Origin: Pirellulales bacterium
GTDB taxonomy: Bacteria > Planctomycetota > Planctomycetia > Pirellulales > JACPPG01
DNA length: 64,000 nucleotides
NCBI GenBank assembly: GCA_036490175.1
Contig: DASXEJ010000303.1
Location: 2,511-66,510, forward strand
Reading direction: 5' to 3'
Shown here: positions 31,766 to 42,595 of the stretch, in pieces
Position numbering within the stretch: the first letter of the stretch is position 1
How the letters are laid out: each line of letters starts with the position of its first letter
Position numbers and translations under genes: made by a program
The notes under the pieces: model-generated
What the model saw: the letters and a program-made list of their open reading frames with translations, nothing else
What the model was told of the DNA's origin: nothing
The model's database searches: none

Positions 31766-33160
31766 GTGAAAGACTCCCGCCTTTTGATTGTCGATGCCGA
31801 CCATTCTAAGCGCGAACTTTACGCGCGAGCTGTCGAGGGGCTGCCGGCCTGTGAGCTGGTTTTCGAGGCCGATCTGGCGATCGCCGACCGACGTTTGGCG
31901 GATGAGTCGTTCGATGCGCTGATCGTCGCCATTTGCCCCCCCAACACGAAAGCCCTGGCCTTAGTCGACGCGGCGCGGCGGCGCGATGCCGCCCTGCCGG
32001 TGGTCATTGTCAGCGATCCGCCGACCGTCGACAGCGCCACCGCCGCCTTGCGATTGGGAGCGGCGGACTACCTGTCTCAGCCGCTGGTTGCAGGTATGCT
32101 TGCCGAACCGTTAGGCAGGCTGCTTGGACAGCGCCGGCGAGATGCCGAGCGCGAGTTGCTCCGCCGCCAGGTCGAACGTCCTTACACTTTCGACGACATC
32201 ATCGGCACGAGTGCCGCGATGCGGAAGGTTTTCGAAACGATTGATCAGGTGGCCGACTCGGGCGTCGACGTGCTGGTCGTAGGTGATACGGGCACTGGCA
32301 AGGAGCTAGTGGCACGCAGCATTCACCGGCGCAGCCGTCGGGCCGGTGGCCCCTTCGTGCCGGTCGATTGCGGGGCCATACCCGAGAATCTGCTCGAGGC
32401 CGAGTTTTTTGGCCACGAGAAGGGAGCCTTCACGGGGGCCGAGAACCGCAGCATCGGCCTTTTGGAATTCGCCGACGCGGGGACATTTTTTCTCGACGAA
32501 TTGGGCGAGTTGCCGCTATTGATGCAGGCCAAGCTGCTACGTACCTTGCAAGAGCGCAGGATTCGTCGTGTAGGCGGACGGCAAGAAACTGATGTCGACG
32601 TGCGAATCGTGGCGGCGACCGCTCGCGATCTTGACGCGATGGTGTCGCAGGGTCGCTTCCGCAAGGACTTGTATTACCGCATCAATGTGGTGCGCATCAA
32701 CCTGCCCCCCCTTTCGGCACGTGGCGACGATCTGGGCCTGCTGGCGGAACATTTCGCCATTAAATACAGCCGCGAGATGAATAAGCCTGTGGCCGGCATC
32801 ACGCCCGAAGCGTATCAAGTCATGGCCCACTACGCCTGGCCAGGCAACGTGCGCGAATTACAGAACGTGATCCGCCGGGCGTTGGCATTATCGACGAACT
32901 CGATGATCGGGGTCGAGAATCTGCCCGACTCGCTCGTGGTTAGCGCTGGCGCGGACCGGGGGGCCAAGAACGGAGCCGGAGGCTATTTCCGCGCACGTGA
33001 CGACCACATGGCCAAATTCGAGCGGCAATACTTGATCGAACTCTTGCGACAACACGGCGGTGAAGTGACGTCCGCGGCACTCGAAGCGCAGTTACCCCGT
33101 GGCACCCTGTACAGGCTGCTGAAGAATCACGGCATCGACGCTGGCAGTTTTCGCGGGTGA
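31766..33160 (+). CDS. Sigma-54-dependent transcriptional activator (NtrC family) with degenerate receiver domain
   Basis: AAA+ core with Walker A 'GDTGTGKE', GAFTGA loop 'EKGAFTGA', 'FFLDELGE' and 'RVGGRQETDVDVRIVAAT'. C-terminal Fis-type HTH. GTG start preceded by GAGGAG. The receiver lacks the phospho-acceptor Asp (see findings). Confidence 0.9.
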   Translation: MKDSRLLIVDADHSKRELYARAVEGLPACELVFEADLAIADRRLADESFDALIVAICPPNTKALALVDAARRRDAALPVVIVSDPPTVDSATAALRLGAADYLSQPLVAGMLAEPLGRLLGQRRRDAERELLRRQVERPYTFDDIIGTSAAMRKVFETIDQVADSGVDVLVVGDTGTGKELVARSIHRRSRRAGGPFVPVDCGAIPENLLEAEFFGHEKGAFTGAENRSIGLLEFADAGTFFLDELGELPLLMQAKLLRTLQERRIRRVGGRQETDVDVRIVAATARDLDAMVSQGRFRKDLYYRINVVRINLPPLSARGDDLGLLAEHFAIKYSREMNKPVAGITPEAYQVMAHYAWPGNVRELQNVIRRALALSTNSMIGVENLPDSLVVSAGADRGAKNGAGGYFRARDDHMAKFERQYLIELLRQHGGEVTSAALEAQLPRGTLYRLLKNHGIDAGSFRG

Positions 33161-33423
33161 TCCAGCCAGGGCCTGGGTCGGGATTGCGCGCCACAAACGT
33201 GTGACAACTTACTCGGGGCGCGCGACGAACGACGTAAGTTAAATCACAGGCTGGCTTTTACGTGGCGCTGCTGATAATCCAGAAATCGTTGCCATGTCGC
33301 GCGCGTGAGAAACCCACCGAATTGCCTTGACGAATCAATTGGCGCGAGACGCGCGTCCGAACTCCAAGCAAGCACAGCAGTTCCAGATGCCCGGCGGGAA
33401 TAATGCACCGATACATTGCCGCA

Positions 33424-33439
33424 CGGCACAGGCGTTGCT
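33424..33439 (+). promoter_or_regulatory. Sigma-54 (-24/-12) promoter upstream of glnB
   Basis: cGGCAC-aggcg-TTGCT matches TGGCAC-N5-TTGC(A/T) at 10 of 11 consensus positions with correct spacing. It lies about 85 nt upstream of the glnB ATG, on the same strand. Confidence 0.6.
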
Positions 33440-33520
33440 TTAATGACTGCCGGCATCTGGAGGTTCCGGGTGAGGCGGACAGTAGAGCAAATTAGGGCGT
33501 CGAGTACGAAAGCGAGTTGA

Positions 33521-33862
<342 letters not shown>

Positions 33863-33903
33863 GGCACCGGCGTCTGCTGCCGCAGAGAATCGAATCAGTG
33901 ATC

Positions 33904-33945
33904 GGGGAGCGAAGCTTAGGCGGACTTCGCTCTCCGATTTTTTTT
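33904..33945 (+). terminator. Rho-independent terminator after glnB
   Basis: Stem GAGCGAAG (33907-33914) / CTTCGCTC (33925-33932), 10-nt loop, followed by T8 (33938-33945). Confidence 0.7.
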
Positions 33946-34024
33946 GCTGCGATTATCGAGCCGCAGAGTGAGATCGGCGATAACGTGTGCGCTCATCGAG
34001 TTCAAGTGGCACAGGCAGTTCGCC

Positions 34025-35659
34025 TCAGGACGAGCGCACCGCGTGACCAGCGCGGGGGCCGGCACTGCGGATTTCTTCGTTGGCGAATTGCTCGTATTGG
34101 GCAAAGTTCGCGCGAAACAGGGCGATGAGCTTATCGGCCGTCCGTTGATACGCGACTTCATCAGCCCAGGTTTGCTTGGGCAACAGAATCGCATCAGGCA
34201 CCCCCGGACAATGCTGCGGCACCTCGAGTCCGAATTGCGGCTCGATAACCGTCGGCGCCTGTGCTAATTCGCCCGAGTGAATAGCGTCGATGATGGCCCG
34301 CGTGTAGGCCAGCTTGATGCGCGCGCCGGTACCGTAAGCCCCGCCGCTCCAGCCTGTGTTCACCAGCCATGCCTGAGCGTTATGCGCGCGAATTCGTTCG
34401 GCCAGCAGCGTCGCATATTTCGTGGGGTGCCAGACCATGAAGGCGGCGCCGAAACAGGCCGAAAACGTGACCGTCGGCTCGGTCACGCCCACTTCCGTGC
34501 CCGCGACCTTTGCGGTATAGCCGCTCAGAAAGTGATACATCGCTTGGGCAGGCGACAACTTGCTGACCGGCGGCAAAACCCCATAAGCGTCACAGGCCAG
34601 GAAGATGATGTTGGTCGGATGGCCGCCCTGGCAGGGGATTTTGGCATTGGGAATGAACTCGATCGGGTAGCAGGCCCGCGTGTTTTCGGTCAACGAATCG
34701 TCGCGGTAATCGGGCTCGCGCGTGGCCTCGTCAAAGACCACGTTCTCCAGCACTGAGCCGAAACGAATCGCCTGGTAAATCTCTGGCTCGGCCGCGGCCG
34801 AGAGACCGATGCACTTGGCGTAGCAGCCCCCTTCGATGTTGAAGACCCCCTCGTCGCTCCAGCAATGCTCGTCATCGCCGATCAGCCGACGATGCGGATC
34901 GGCCGAAAGCGTGGTCTTGCCGGTGCCCGATAGGCCGAAGAACAACGAGACGTCGCCGTCGATGCCCTCATTGGCCGAGCAGTGCATGGAGAGCACGCCC
35001 CGCAGAGGCATCAGATAGTTCATGATCGTGAAGATGCCCTTCTTCATCTCGCCGGCATACTCAGTGCCGAGAATGACGACCTCTCCGCGCTCGAAGCTGA
35101 TGTCGACGCTCGTGCGCGACGTCATGCGCGCCGTCAGCAGGTTAGCGGGGAACTCGCCGGCATTGAAGATGGTGAAATCCGGTTCACCGAACGCAGCGAG
35201 TTCGTCCGCCGTGGGACGGATGAGCATGTTGTGCATGAACAACGCATGATACGGGCGTGCGCAGATCACGCGCACCTTCAACCGGTAACGTGGATTCCAA
35301 CCGGCAAAGCCATCGACGACATAAATCAACGGCCGGGTCTCGAGATAGTCCACGGCCCGTTGCAGATTGGTGAGAAACGTGTGCTCGTCGAGCTGGATAT
35401 TGATCGCACCCCACCACACGTTCCCCGAGCTATCGGCATGATCGACGATGCGTTTGTCCTTCGGGCTGCGGCCGGTTTTGCTGCCCGAGCGCGCCACAAG
35501 ACCGCCGGATGGCATCAAGACGCCATGATCGCGCAGGATGGCCTCCTCGTACAATCGTGCCGGTGGCGCATTGCGCAAAACGTTGGGCACCGAAAGTCCA
35601 TAGCGGCCCAGATTAAACGTATCGTGCATCATGCTTCTCGCGGAAAGAATATCGGCCAA
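34025..35659 (-). CDS. pckA: Phosphoenolpyruvate carboxykinase (ATP)
   Basis: Kinase-1a '[13 protein letters not shown]', '[10 protein letters not shown]', 'GGCYAK' and '[18 protein letters not shown]'. The track start is TTG 35659; ATG 35632 is an alternative. Confidence 0.95.
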   Translation of the reverse strand: MADILSARSMMHDTFNLGRYGLSVPNVLRNAPPARLYEEAILRDHGVLMPSGGLVARSGSKTGRSPKDKRIVDHADSSGNVWWGAINIQLDEHTFLTNLQRAVDYLETRPLIYVVDGFAGWNPRYRLKVRVICARPYHALFMHNMLIRPTADELAAFGEPDFTIFNAGEFPANLLTARMTSRTSVDISFERGEVVILGTEYAGEMKKGIFTIMNYLMPLRGVLSMHCSANEGIDGDVSLFFGLSGTGKTTLSADPHRRLIGDDEHCWSDEGVFNIEGGCYAKCIGLSAAAEPEIYQAIRFGSVLENVVFDEATREPDYRDDSLTENTRACYPIEFIPNAKIPCQGGHPTNIIFLACDAYGVLPPVSKLSPAQAMYHFLSGYTAKVAGTEVGVTEPTVTFSACFGAAFMVWHPTKYATLLAERIRAHNAQAWLVNTGWSGGAYGTGARIKLAYTRAIIDAIHSGELAQAPTVIEPQFGLEVPQHCPGVPDAILLPKQTWADEVAYQRTADKLIALFRANFAQYEQFANEEIRSAGPRAGHAVRSS

Positions 35660-35786
35660 CCGAACCGGTTGCTATGACGTCCAAGGCTTTGACAACAAAA
35701 GGCAGAGTCCTGTCAGCCCGTCCCAGAGAGTCAAGCCAAAATAGTCCGCACGGGACATCGCTTGACGCTCGGTCAGAGGCCGTAAA

Positions 35787-36395
35787 CTATACGCGCGCCG
35801 AGGTGCCCAGGCCAAGTTCTGCGGCGATCGTTTGCAGGGCGGCGATCACAAATTGGATATGTTCATCCAGGTCGACCCCCAGGTCTCTTGCCCCGCGATC
35901 GATATCCTCGCGTTTGACGGCGGCTGCAAACCCCTTTTGTTTTAGCTTTTTGCGTACACTGGCGGCCTGCATGCCGGCGAGCCGCTCGGGGCGCACCATA
36001 GCGACCGCCGTAACGAACCCTGCGAGCTCATCGCACGCGTATAGCGTCTTGTCTAGCTGCGAGCGTCGGGGACAGTCTGGCAGATAGTCCGCGTGCGATT
36101 TGATGGCGTAAATAATGTGCTCGGGATAACCCGCATCGGCCAGAATTGCGGCGCCCTTTAGCGGGTGGTCGGGGGGATTCGGCCATCGCTCGTAATCGAA
36201 ATCGTGCAGTAACCCGACGATGCCCCACGTCTCCTCGTCCTCGCCGAAGCGGCGTGCGTAGGCTCGCATGGCCGCTTCGACCGCCAGCATATGCTTGCGC
36301 AAACTGTCGCCGCTCGTGTATTGGCAAACTAGATTGTAGGCGTCGGCACGATTCACGGGTGTTCGCACCTGGGAGATACGCAGCTGATGCCGCAT
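35787..36395 (-). CDS. HD-domain phosphohydrolase
   Basis: 'LRKHMLAVEAAMRAYA', 'GLLHDFDYE' (the HD motif) and 'AIKSHADY'. Start set at ATG 36395. Confidence 0.75.
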   Translation of the reverse strand: MRHQLRISQVRTPVNRADAYNLVCQYTSGDSLRKHMLAVEAAMRAYARRFGEDEETWGIVGLLHDFDYERWPNPPDHPLKGAAILADAGYPEHIIYAIKSHADYLPDCPRRSQLDKTLYACDELAGFVTAVAMVRPERLAGMQAASVRKKLKQKGFAAAVKREDIDRGARDLGVDLDEHIQFVIAALQTIAAELGLGTSARV

Positions 36396-36467
36396 GCCGG
36401 CGCGGCGAACGCACCTCGCTGTCACAAGTCATCCGTTTCGATGCGAGGCTTTCGCCCGCAGCGATGT

Positions 36468-38093
36468 CTAGCGACGTGTTGATTCAGCGGGCTTTGTCGA
36501 ATCGGCGGCGGCGGTTTGCAACTCGCGCCACGGCTTCGAGGCTTCGTAGCTTTCCAGTTCCTTGGATAGGTCCGCCTTCTGCACGTCGTCCCCTAGGTCG
36601 AGAGCCTTCTTCGACCACTCGACGGCCGAAGAGAAATCTCCGATCTCGGCGTAGCCAGCCGCGAGCGTGCTAAGGATATGCGCCTGCTTATACTCGGTCT
36701 CTTCGCACGCCTTCTTCGCCAGATCGACCGCTCGCTTGCCGTCTCGCAACGAGGCATCCGGTGAAGTCGCCAACACCCAGGCCAGATTGTTCAGGACACC
36801 GCTGTCATCCCCCTTAAGGGCGAGAGCCTGTTCGAAATCGCTAATGGCTTCGCGCTGTTTGCCGGAGGTGAGATACAGATCGCCCCGCCCGCGAAAGGCC
36901 TGCCAATTCTTGGGATCGGCCTGCAAAATTTCGCCATACAATTGCATGCTGCGCTCCATCTTGCCGTCGGCGGCATAGACGGCCGCGAGCTGCAGCGAGG
37001 CCGCTTGATCGTCCGGTTCGAGCTTGCGGGCCAACTCCAGATCGCCCACGGCGGCCAAGTATTTATGGGCATGCGCCAAGAGGGCGGCCCGCTGACGCAG
37101 CGCTGGGACCATGCCGGGGCGCAGATCGAGTGCCTTGTTCAGGTCCTCCATCGCCTCATCCAAATGGTCGGGGATGGCGGCTTCAGCGCGCAACAGTAGG
37201 GCCGGAACATTGTCGCGATCGATACGCAGGACTTCGCTGAAATCGGCCAGTCCTGCTTCGTTTTTGCCAGCCAGCATGTTAACGCGGCCGCGTTGCAGCA
37301 GGATTTCGACCGAATCGGGAGCCAACTCCAGGGCGCGGTCCAGGCTGGCGCGCGCTTCGTCGAACTTCGTCTGTGTGGCTAAGGTCAGGGCCTTGGCTTC
37401 ATGCGTCGTTGCGTCTTCGGGATCGAGAGCCAGGGCGGCGTCGAAGTCGGCCACGGCGCCGTCGGCATCTTTCAACGACAGCTTCATGGCACCCCGAGTA
37501 CGCAAGATCTTGGGGTCTTGCGGCGCGAGCTTGGCCGCATCATTAAGGTCCGCCAGGGCTTGCTCGGGCGTATCCTGGATCGAGCTTCGCATCAGCAAGG
37601 CTTCGGATTGCTTGGCGGGATCGTCGGCGGTCAGACGGACGATCTCGTTGGTGGCCGACATGGCGCGCTTGCGGTCGCCGCCGGGAAGCGCTTGGAGTTT
37701 GGAGACCAGCAGGTAGGCGTCGACCATCGTGGGGTCGTATTGCAGGGCACGCTCCAGATCGGCCAAGCCAATTTGGCGCATTTGCGGCCACTGGGGAGGG
37801 GGAGCACCGCGACCGAAGATCATCTCGCAGACCGCCGATCCGCGTTCCAACAGCGATGATGCCAACAACTGCTTGGCGAATCCTTGGTTCTTTTCGCTCA
37901 ATCCCTTGTCGAGCGCACTTTCGCACTGGCTGATGACAACATTCAGGTCCCGCACGCTGCGGGCCGACAGCTTTGTCTCGATCGCTTGGTCGAGATCCTC
38001 CTGCCCATTCTCTTTTTCTTCGCCAGCCCAAGAGTGGGTGGCCATAAGCATCAGCAACGAAACGAGACCTGCGGTGTGAACCGGCGCACGCAT
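36468..38093 (-). CDS. Exported tetratricopeptide-repeat protein
   Basis: Signal peptide MRAPVHTAGLVSLLMLMATHSWA (ATG 38093 preceded by GAGGGAG). Numerous 34-aa TPR-like units (A..dF..AL.ldP....a...rg). Confidence 0.8.
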   Translation of the reverse strand: MRAPVHTAGLVSLLMLMATHSWAGEEKENGQEDLDQAIETKLSARSVRDLNVVISQCESALDKGLSEKNQGFAKQLLASSLLERGSAVCEMIFGRGAPPPQWPQMRQIGLADLERALQYDPTMVDAYLLVSKLQALPGGDRKRAMSATNEIVRLTADDPAKQSEALLMRSSIQDTPEQALADLNDAAKLAPQDPKILRTRGAMKLSLKDADGAVADFDAALALDPEDATTHEAKALTLATQTKFDEARASLDRALELAPDSVEILLQRGRVNMLAGKNEAGLADFSEVLRIDRDNVPALLLRAEAAIPDHLDEAMEDLNKALDLRPGMVPALRQRAALLAHAHKYLAAVGDLELARKLEPDDQAASLQLAAVYAADGKMERSMQLYGEILQADPKNWQAFRGRGDLYLTSGKQREAISDFEQALALKGDDSGVLNNLAWVLATSPDASLRDGKRAVDLAKKACEETEYKQAHILSTLAAGYAEIGDFSSAVEWSKKALDLGDDVQKADLSKELESYEASKPWRELQTAAADSTKPAESTRR

Positions 38094-38330
38094 GGTATTA
38101 ACTCCCTCGAATGGCAAGACCTGTGACCATCCCTGGTAGGCACCCCGCAGTGCAATCGTCGCACCTGGCCGGTGGACTTCGCGGCCGAGGCGACCGGAGC
38201 CATTTCCGGTAGCCACCGATGTTGCCGCGGGACACGCTGGCGGATGCGGGGCTCTGGGAACCTATTATGACCGCAATCCGGATTTGATGCTATCCGAGTC
38301 GATCGCCGTAAAGGCCGGTGCGATATTTGC

Positions 38331-39158
38331 TTATAGCGGGGCCGGCAAATCACGATGACAGAAAATCACCGCCGCCCCGACATAACAGGCCAGTCCGCAA
38401 GCCAGCAAGACGCCGTCGTACCGGACGGACAGGGCCCAGGCGTGGTCGTAATCGATGACCAAAGCCTGGGGTTCGCAGGCGGTGGCGAAGGTGAAATACA
38501 TCAGCCATTCGAATCGTTCCACCAGCCGGCCAATCACCTTGAACACGAGCTCCACCATGTAAAAGGCACCCATGATGCCGATGGTCCGCCAGCGATAGTC
38601 GTCGGCCGACGAGACGAGGGTGCTAGCACCCGACAAAAAAAACATCATGGCAAACAGATTCAGAACGCCCGGCACAAAGTCGGTCCAGAAGACGGGCTCG
38701 CTCAGCTTGACCGTCGCCAACCCCATGCATGTACCCAGCAGCACGGCCGATGCCAGGATCGCGGACCCGATCGTGGTGACGATCGCCTGTGTGGCCAAAA
38801 TCGACAGGCGCCGCACCGGCTGCGCCGTGAGCATCTCCATGGTGCCGCGGCCAATCTCGCCGCTCACGGCGTCCGATCCGCGCCCCACGGCCCAGATGGT
38901 TGTCGAGAACAGCACGACGGGATCAACGAACGCGGCCGAAATGCGACCCACCGGCGTGGCCACGCTCGCAAATGGCACACCAGAAAGTTTCTCGAACGAC
39001 GGGGGCAAGGTCTCTAGAAAAATCGCCAGCGGCCCCAGTTCGATCAGGCTCGACAGATAGACGAACAGCCAGTTAAAGACGAACAATAGCGCCGTCAAAA
39101 AGATCACCAGCAATCGTGCATCGCCGATCGCCTTGCGCCACAGGGCCTTGTTTCCCAT
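38331..39158 (-). CDS. ABC-2-type transporter permease
   Basis: Six predicted hydrophobic segments. The start overlaps the ATPase stop (TAATG at 39156-39160). Confidence 0.65.
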   Translation of the reverse strand: MGNKALWRKAIGDARLLVIFLTALLFVFNWLFVYLSSLIELGPLAIFLETLPPSFEKLSGVPFASVATPVGRISAAFVDPVVLFSTTIWAVGRGSDAVSGEIGRGTMEMLTAQPVRRLSILATQAIVTTIGSAILASAVLLGTCMGLATVKLSEPVFWTDFVPGVLNLFAMMFFLSGASTLVSSADDYRWRTIGIMGAFYMVELVFKVIGRLVERFEWLMYFTFATACEPQALVIDYDHAWALSVRYDGVLLACGLACYVGAAVIFCHRDLPAPL

Positions 39159-40039
39159 TACTGCACCTCGCCCCCATGAAAGCGATCATAGATCGAGCGC
39201 AGTCGATAAGGCTCGATGCGTACCTCTGCCAGGGGCAATGTGGCCAACCAGCCAAGCAGCGGCGATAATTCGCCGGGCGTCTCGATCGTCACCGATTCGG
39301 TGCCATTTTGATGAATTTGAATATCACCGGCCAGCCGCGCGGGAACCGGCGGCAAAGGGCCGGTAAGCTGCGCGCTAATGCGATGCTGCCGGCGCAGCTC
39401 GGCCATGATCTGCGTATGGACGACTTTGCCCTTGCGCAAAATGCACACGCGATTGCACGCATCTTCGACCTCGTCCAACACGTGCGACGAGAAGATCACA
39501 GTGCGGCCCGCGGCCTGCGCCTCGCGCACGATTGCCACCACGTCGCTGCGAACCGTCGGGTCTAGATTGGCTGTCGGCTCATCGAGAATCAACAGGGGCG
39601 TATCGGCTGCCAGCACAGCGGCTAGCGCCAGCTTCTGCCGCATGCCGGTCGAGAAACCAGAAACTTGTCCCGACAGATCCAACTCCAGACGGTCGGCAAA
39701 AGCCAACGCACGCTGCAAATCGGCACTGCTGCGCACGTCGCAAAAGAATCGCAGTACCTCGCGACCCCGCATCTGCGGGAAGAGCCGGGCGTCGCCCGGC
39801 AAATAGGCCACACGCTCGTGTACGGCCACGCTTTGCCGGTAGCAGTCCAGACCGTCGATCGTGGCCTGACCGGCCGTGGGCCGCAGGTATCCCATCAACA
39901 GTCGCAAGAGCGTGGTCTTGCCGGCGCCATTAGGTCCGAGCAGCCCCAGCACCTCTCCGCGAGGAATTTCCAGGTCGCACCGGTCCAGCGCGGTCTTCTG
40001 GCCGTAGGCCTTGGTCAACGAATGGGTTTCGACCAGCAC
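39158..40039 (-). CDS. ABC transporter ATP-binding protein
   Basis: Walker A 'GPNGAGKTT', signature-like 'FSTGMRQKLALA', Walker B 'LLILDEPT' and H-loop 'VIFSSHVL'. Confidence 0.9.
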   Translation of the reverse strand: MLVETHSLTKAYGQKTALDRCDLEIPRGEVLGLLGPNGAGKTTLLRLLMGYLRPTAGQATIDGLDCYRQSVAVHERVAYLPGDARLFPQMRGREVLRFFCDVRSSADLQRALAFADRLELDLSGQVSGFSTGMRQKLALAAVLAADTPLLILDEPTANLDPTVRSDVVAIVREAQAAGRTVIFSSHVLDEVEDACNRVCILRKGKVVHTQIMAELRRQHRISAQLTGPLPPVPARLAGDIQIHQNGTESVTIETPGELSPLLGWLATLPLAEVRIEPYRLRSIYDRFHGGEVQ

Positions 40040-40228
40040 TCAGACCATCCTCGCAAAGAAAACCGACGGTCGCAGACAGCCCGTTGGCGCCTCATCCGAA
40101 TCGAGCGGGACGCAGACGATATTGAAGTCGCTCTATTGTTGACGCGCTGCCGCCGACTGACAAGCGTCCTTTGGTTTGCGGCTGTCGCTGGCTGCAGTAT
40201 GAATGTGCGATCGCGGCGCCCGGGGGGG

Positions 40229-41308
40229 TCAAGCTCCGCCAGAGCTGATTATTGCGGCGATTCGTTCGCGATTCACCGGCTCGATCAAGCCATGCTCGCA
40301 AATGATGGCGCGGATCAAGCGGGCTGGCGTGACATCAAAGGCCGGGTTGTAGACCTTTATGCCATCCGGCGCAGTCTGGCGGCCGAAGCCGTGGGTTATT
40401 TCGCGGCTGTTGCGTTCTTCGATCGGGATTTGACTGCCATCGGCCAGGGACAGGTCGAACGTACTTGTCGGCGCGGCCACGTAGAAGGGAATGTCGTGCG
40501 CGGCGGCCAACAAGGCCACGCCGTAGGTGCCGATCTTGTTGGCCGTGTCGCCGTTGGCGGCGATCCGATCGGCTCCTGTGATGACTGCCTGCACGCGCCC
40601 CTCGCGCATCACTTGGGCCGCCATCGAGTCGCAGATGAGCGTCACATCGATGCCCCGCTGCTGTAGCTCCCATGCCGTCAACCGGGCGCCTTGCAACAGA
40701 GGCCGGGTCTCATCGGCATAGACGTGCAACTGCTTGCCAGATTCTTGCGCGGCGAAGAATACGGCCAATGCGGTACCGTAGTCGCTGGTGGCCAGGCCGC
40801 CTGCATTGCAGTGCGTGAGGACTCCTTGACCGTCGGTGAGCAGTGCGGCGCCGAAACGGCCAATCGCGCGGCACATGGCACGATCTTCCTCGTTGATTGC
40901 CTGCGCTTCGGCGAGTAGTCGGCCGGCAATTTCGCGCGGCGATAGTGCTTCCGACGCGTTGGCGACCTGCTCCAATCGAGCAATTGCCCAGAACAGGTTG
41001 ACGGCCGTCGGCCGGCTATCGGCCAAACGTTGAGCATCCTTGTGCAGTTGAACGCGAAAGGCCGCCGCTTCAAGCTTCATGGCGTGCTGTGCGCCCAGTA
41101 CTAGTCCATAAGCAGCAGCGATGCCGATCGCCGGCGCACCGCGGACCCGCAGCACGCGAATGGCCTCGAATACCGTTTCCACATCATGGCAGTCGATTTC
41201 ACGCACTTCCAGCGGCAAGAGCGTTTGATCGATCAGTTTTAAATGACCGTCGACGTCTCCGACCCAGCGAAGCGTTGGCGGTGCGACAGGATATTGCTCG
41301 ATCGACAT
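40229..41308 (-). CDS. mtnA: S-methyl-5-thioribose-1-phosphate isomerase
   Basis: 'LKLIDQTLLPLEVREIDC', 'IRVLRVRGAPAIGIAAAYG', 'RPTAVNLFWA', 'LTHCNAG' and 'VITGADRIAANGDTANKIGTY' (eIF-2B-related MtnA pattern). Confidence 0.9.
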   Translation of the reverse strand: MSIEQYPVAPPTLRWVGDVDGHLKLIDQTLLPLEVREIDCHDVETVFEAIRVLRVRGAPAIGIAAAYGLVLGAQHAMKLEAAAFRVQLHKDAQRLADSRPTAVNLFWAIARLEQVANASEALSPREIAGRLLAEAQAINEEDRAMCRAIGRFGAALLTDGQGVLTHCNAGGLATSDYGTALAVFFAAQESGKQLHVYADETRPLLQGARLTAWELQQRGIDVTLICDSMAAQVMREGRVQAVITGADRIAANGDTANKIGTYGVALLAAAHDIPFYVAAPTSTFDLSLADGSQIPIEERNSREITHGFGRQTAPDGIKVYNPAFDVTPARLIRAIICEHGLIEPVNRERIAAIISSGGA

Positions 41309-41321
41309 AGGATGCTTGCGA

Positions 41322-42431
41322 TCAATGGTCGAAACAAGGGTTCAGTGGCATGTCAAACGTCTCGGCCACGGCTCGATTGGTGACCGCGCCATCCATGATG
41401 TTTACCGCGCGGGCGATAGGCGGAAAGCGCTGGCAGGATTCTGCCAAACCGTAGCGTGCCAGGTGCAACGCCCAAGGAAGCGTTACGTTGCACAGCGCGT
41501 ATGTGCTGGTGCGCCCCACCGCGCCCGGCATGTTGGTAACGCAATAATGGACGACTTGCTCGACCAGGAACGTCGGTTCGCTATGCGTCGTCGGATGGCT
41601 GGTGGCAACGCAGCCCCCTTGGTCGATGGCCACGTCGATGATCACGCTGCCCGGCTGCATCACCTTCAGGTCGCTTTCCTCGATCAGCATCGGCGCTCTG
41701 GCACCGGGGATCAGCACGGCGCCGATCACCAAGTCTGCGCGACGCAATTGCTCGCGAATCGTATGGCGATCGCTGAACAGACAATCGACGTTGGCCGGCA
41801 TGATATCGTCGAGATAGCGCAGCCGATCCATGTTGACGTCCATAAGTCCGACGTTGGCGCCGAAGCCAGCCGCAACCTTTGCGGCATTCGCGCCCACCAC
41901 GCCTCCCCCCAGGATCGTGATGTTGGCGGGGGCCACTCCGGGCACTCCCCCCAGCAAAATCCCGCGCCCCATCTGAGGGCGCTCGAGATATTTGGCCCCT
42001 TCCTGGATGCTCATGCGACCGGCCACCTCGCTCATGGGCGTCAACAGCGGCAGACGTCCGTTGTCGTCGCGCAGTGTCTCGTAGGCAACCGCGGTGCAGC
42101 CGCTGGCTAATACGGCTTCGGTCAGAAGCCGATCCGCGGCGAAATGAAAATATGTGAATACGATTTGCCGCCGGCGCAGCAGCGGCCATTCGCTGGGGAG
42201 AGGCTCTTTCACCTTGAGGACCATGTCGGCCCTGGCGAAAACTTCTGCGGGGCCTTCGACCATGCGGGCGCCCTGCTCGATGTATTGTTCGTCCAGTATG
42301 CCCGAGCCAAGGCCCGCACCGGATTCGACCAGGACCTCGTGCTTGGCGCGGACCAACTCTTCGACGCCGACGGGCAGCAGTGCCACGCGGTATTCGTCGC
42401 GCTTGATTTCCTTGGGTACGCCGACGATCAC
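41322..42431 (-). CDS. ald: Alanine dehydrogenase
   Basis: '[20 protein letters not shown]' (GTG start), NAD fold '[22 protein letters not shown]' and 'VAIDQGGC'. Confidence 0.9.
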   Translation of the reverse strand: MIVGVPKEIKRDEYRVALLPVGVEELVRAKHEVLVESGAGLGSGILDEQYIEQGARMVEGPAEVFARADMVLKVKEPLPSEWPLLRRRQIVFTYFHFAADRLLTEAVLASGCTAVAYETLRDDNGRLPLLTPMSEVAGRMSIQEGAKYLERPQMGRGILLGGVPGVAPANITILGGGVVGANAAKVAAGFGANVGLMDVNMDRLRYLDDIMPANVDCLFSDRHTIREQLRRADLVIGAVLIPGARAPMLIEESDLKVMQPGSVIIDVAIDQGGCVATSHPTTHSEPTFLVEQVVHYCVTNMPGAVGRTSTYALCNVTLPWALHLARYGLAESCQRFPPIARAVNIMDGAVTNRAVAETFDMPLNPCFDH

Positions 42432-42595
42432 GGTCGGATCCTTTCCAAAGGAGACGCAAACCTCTGCAACCTGGAGCCGGCTCCGTCGCGACCAAGCAGG
42501 CCGCTGGCAATGATGCGAATCCGCGCCGATTGTGTCAACCGCGACCAGTTGCTGAGCACACGCACTGGCACAGAAACCGTGGCACTCGCGCGAGA

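Noticed and set aside
42471-42482. Perfect 12-bp palindrome GGAGCCGGCTCC between ald and der.
   Set aside because: It has no loop and no flanking U-tract, so it is not a convincing terminator. A single short palindrome in GC-rich DNA is expected by chance.
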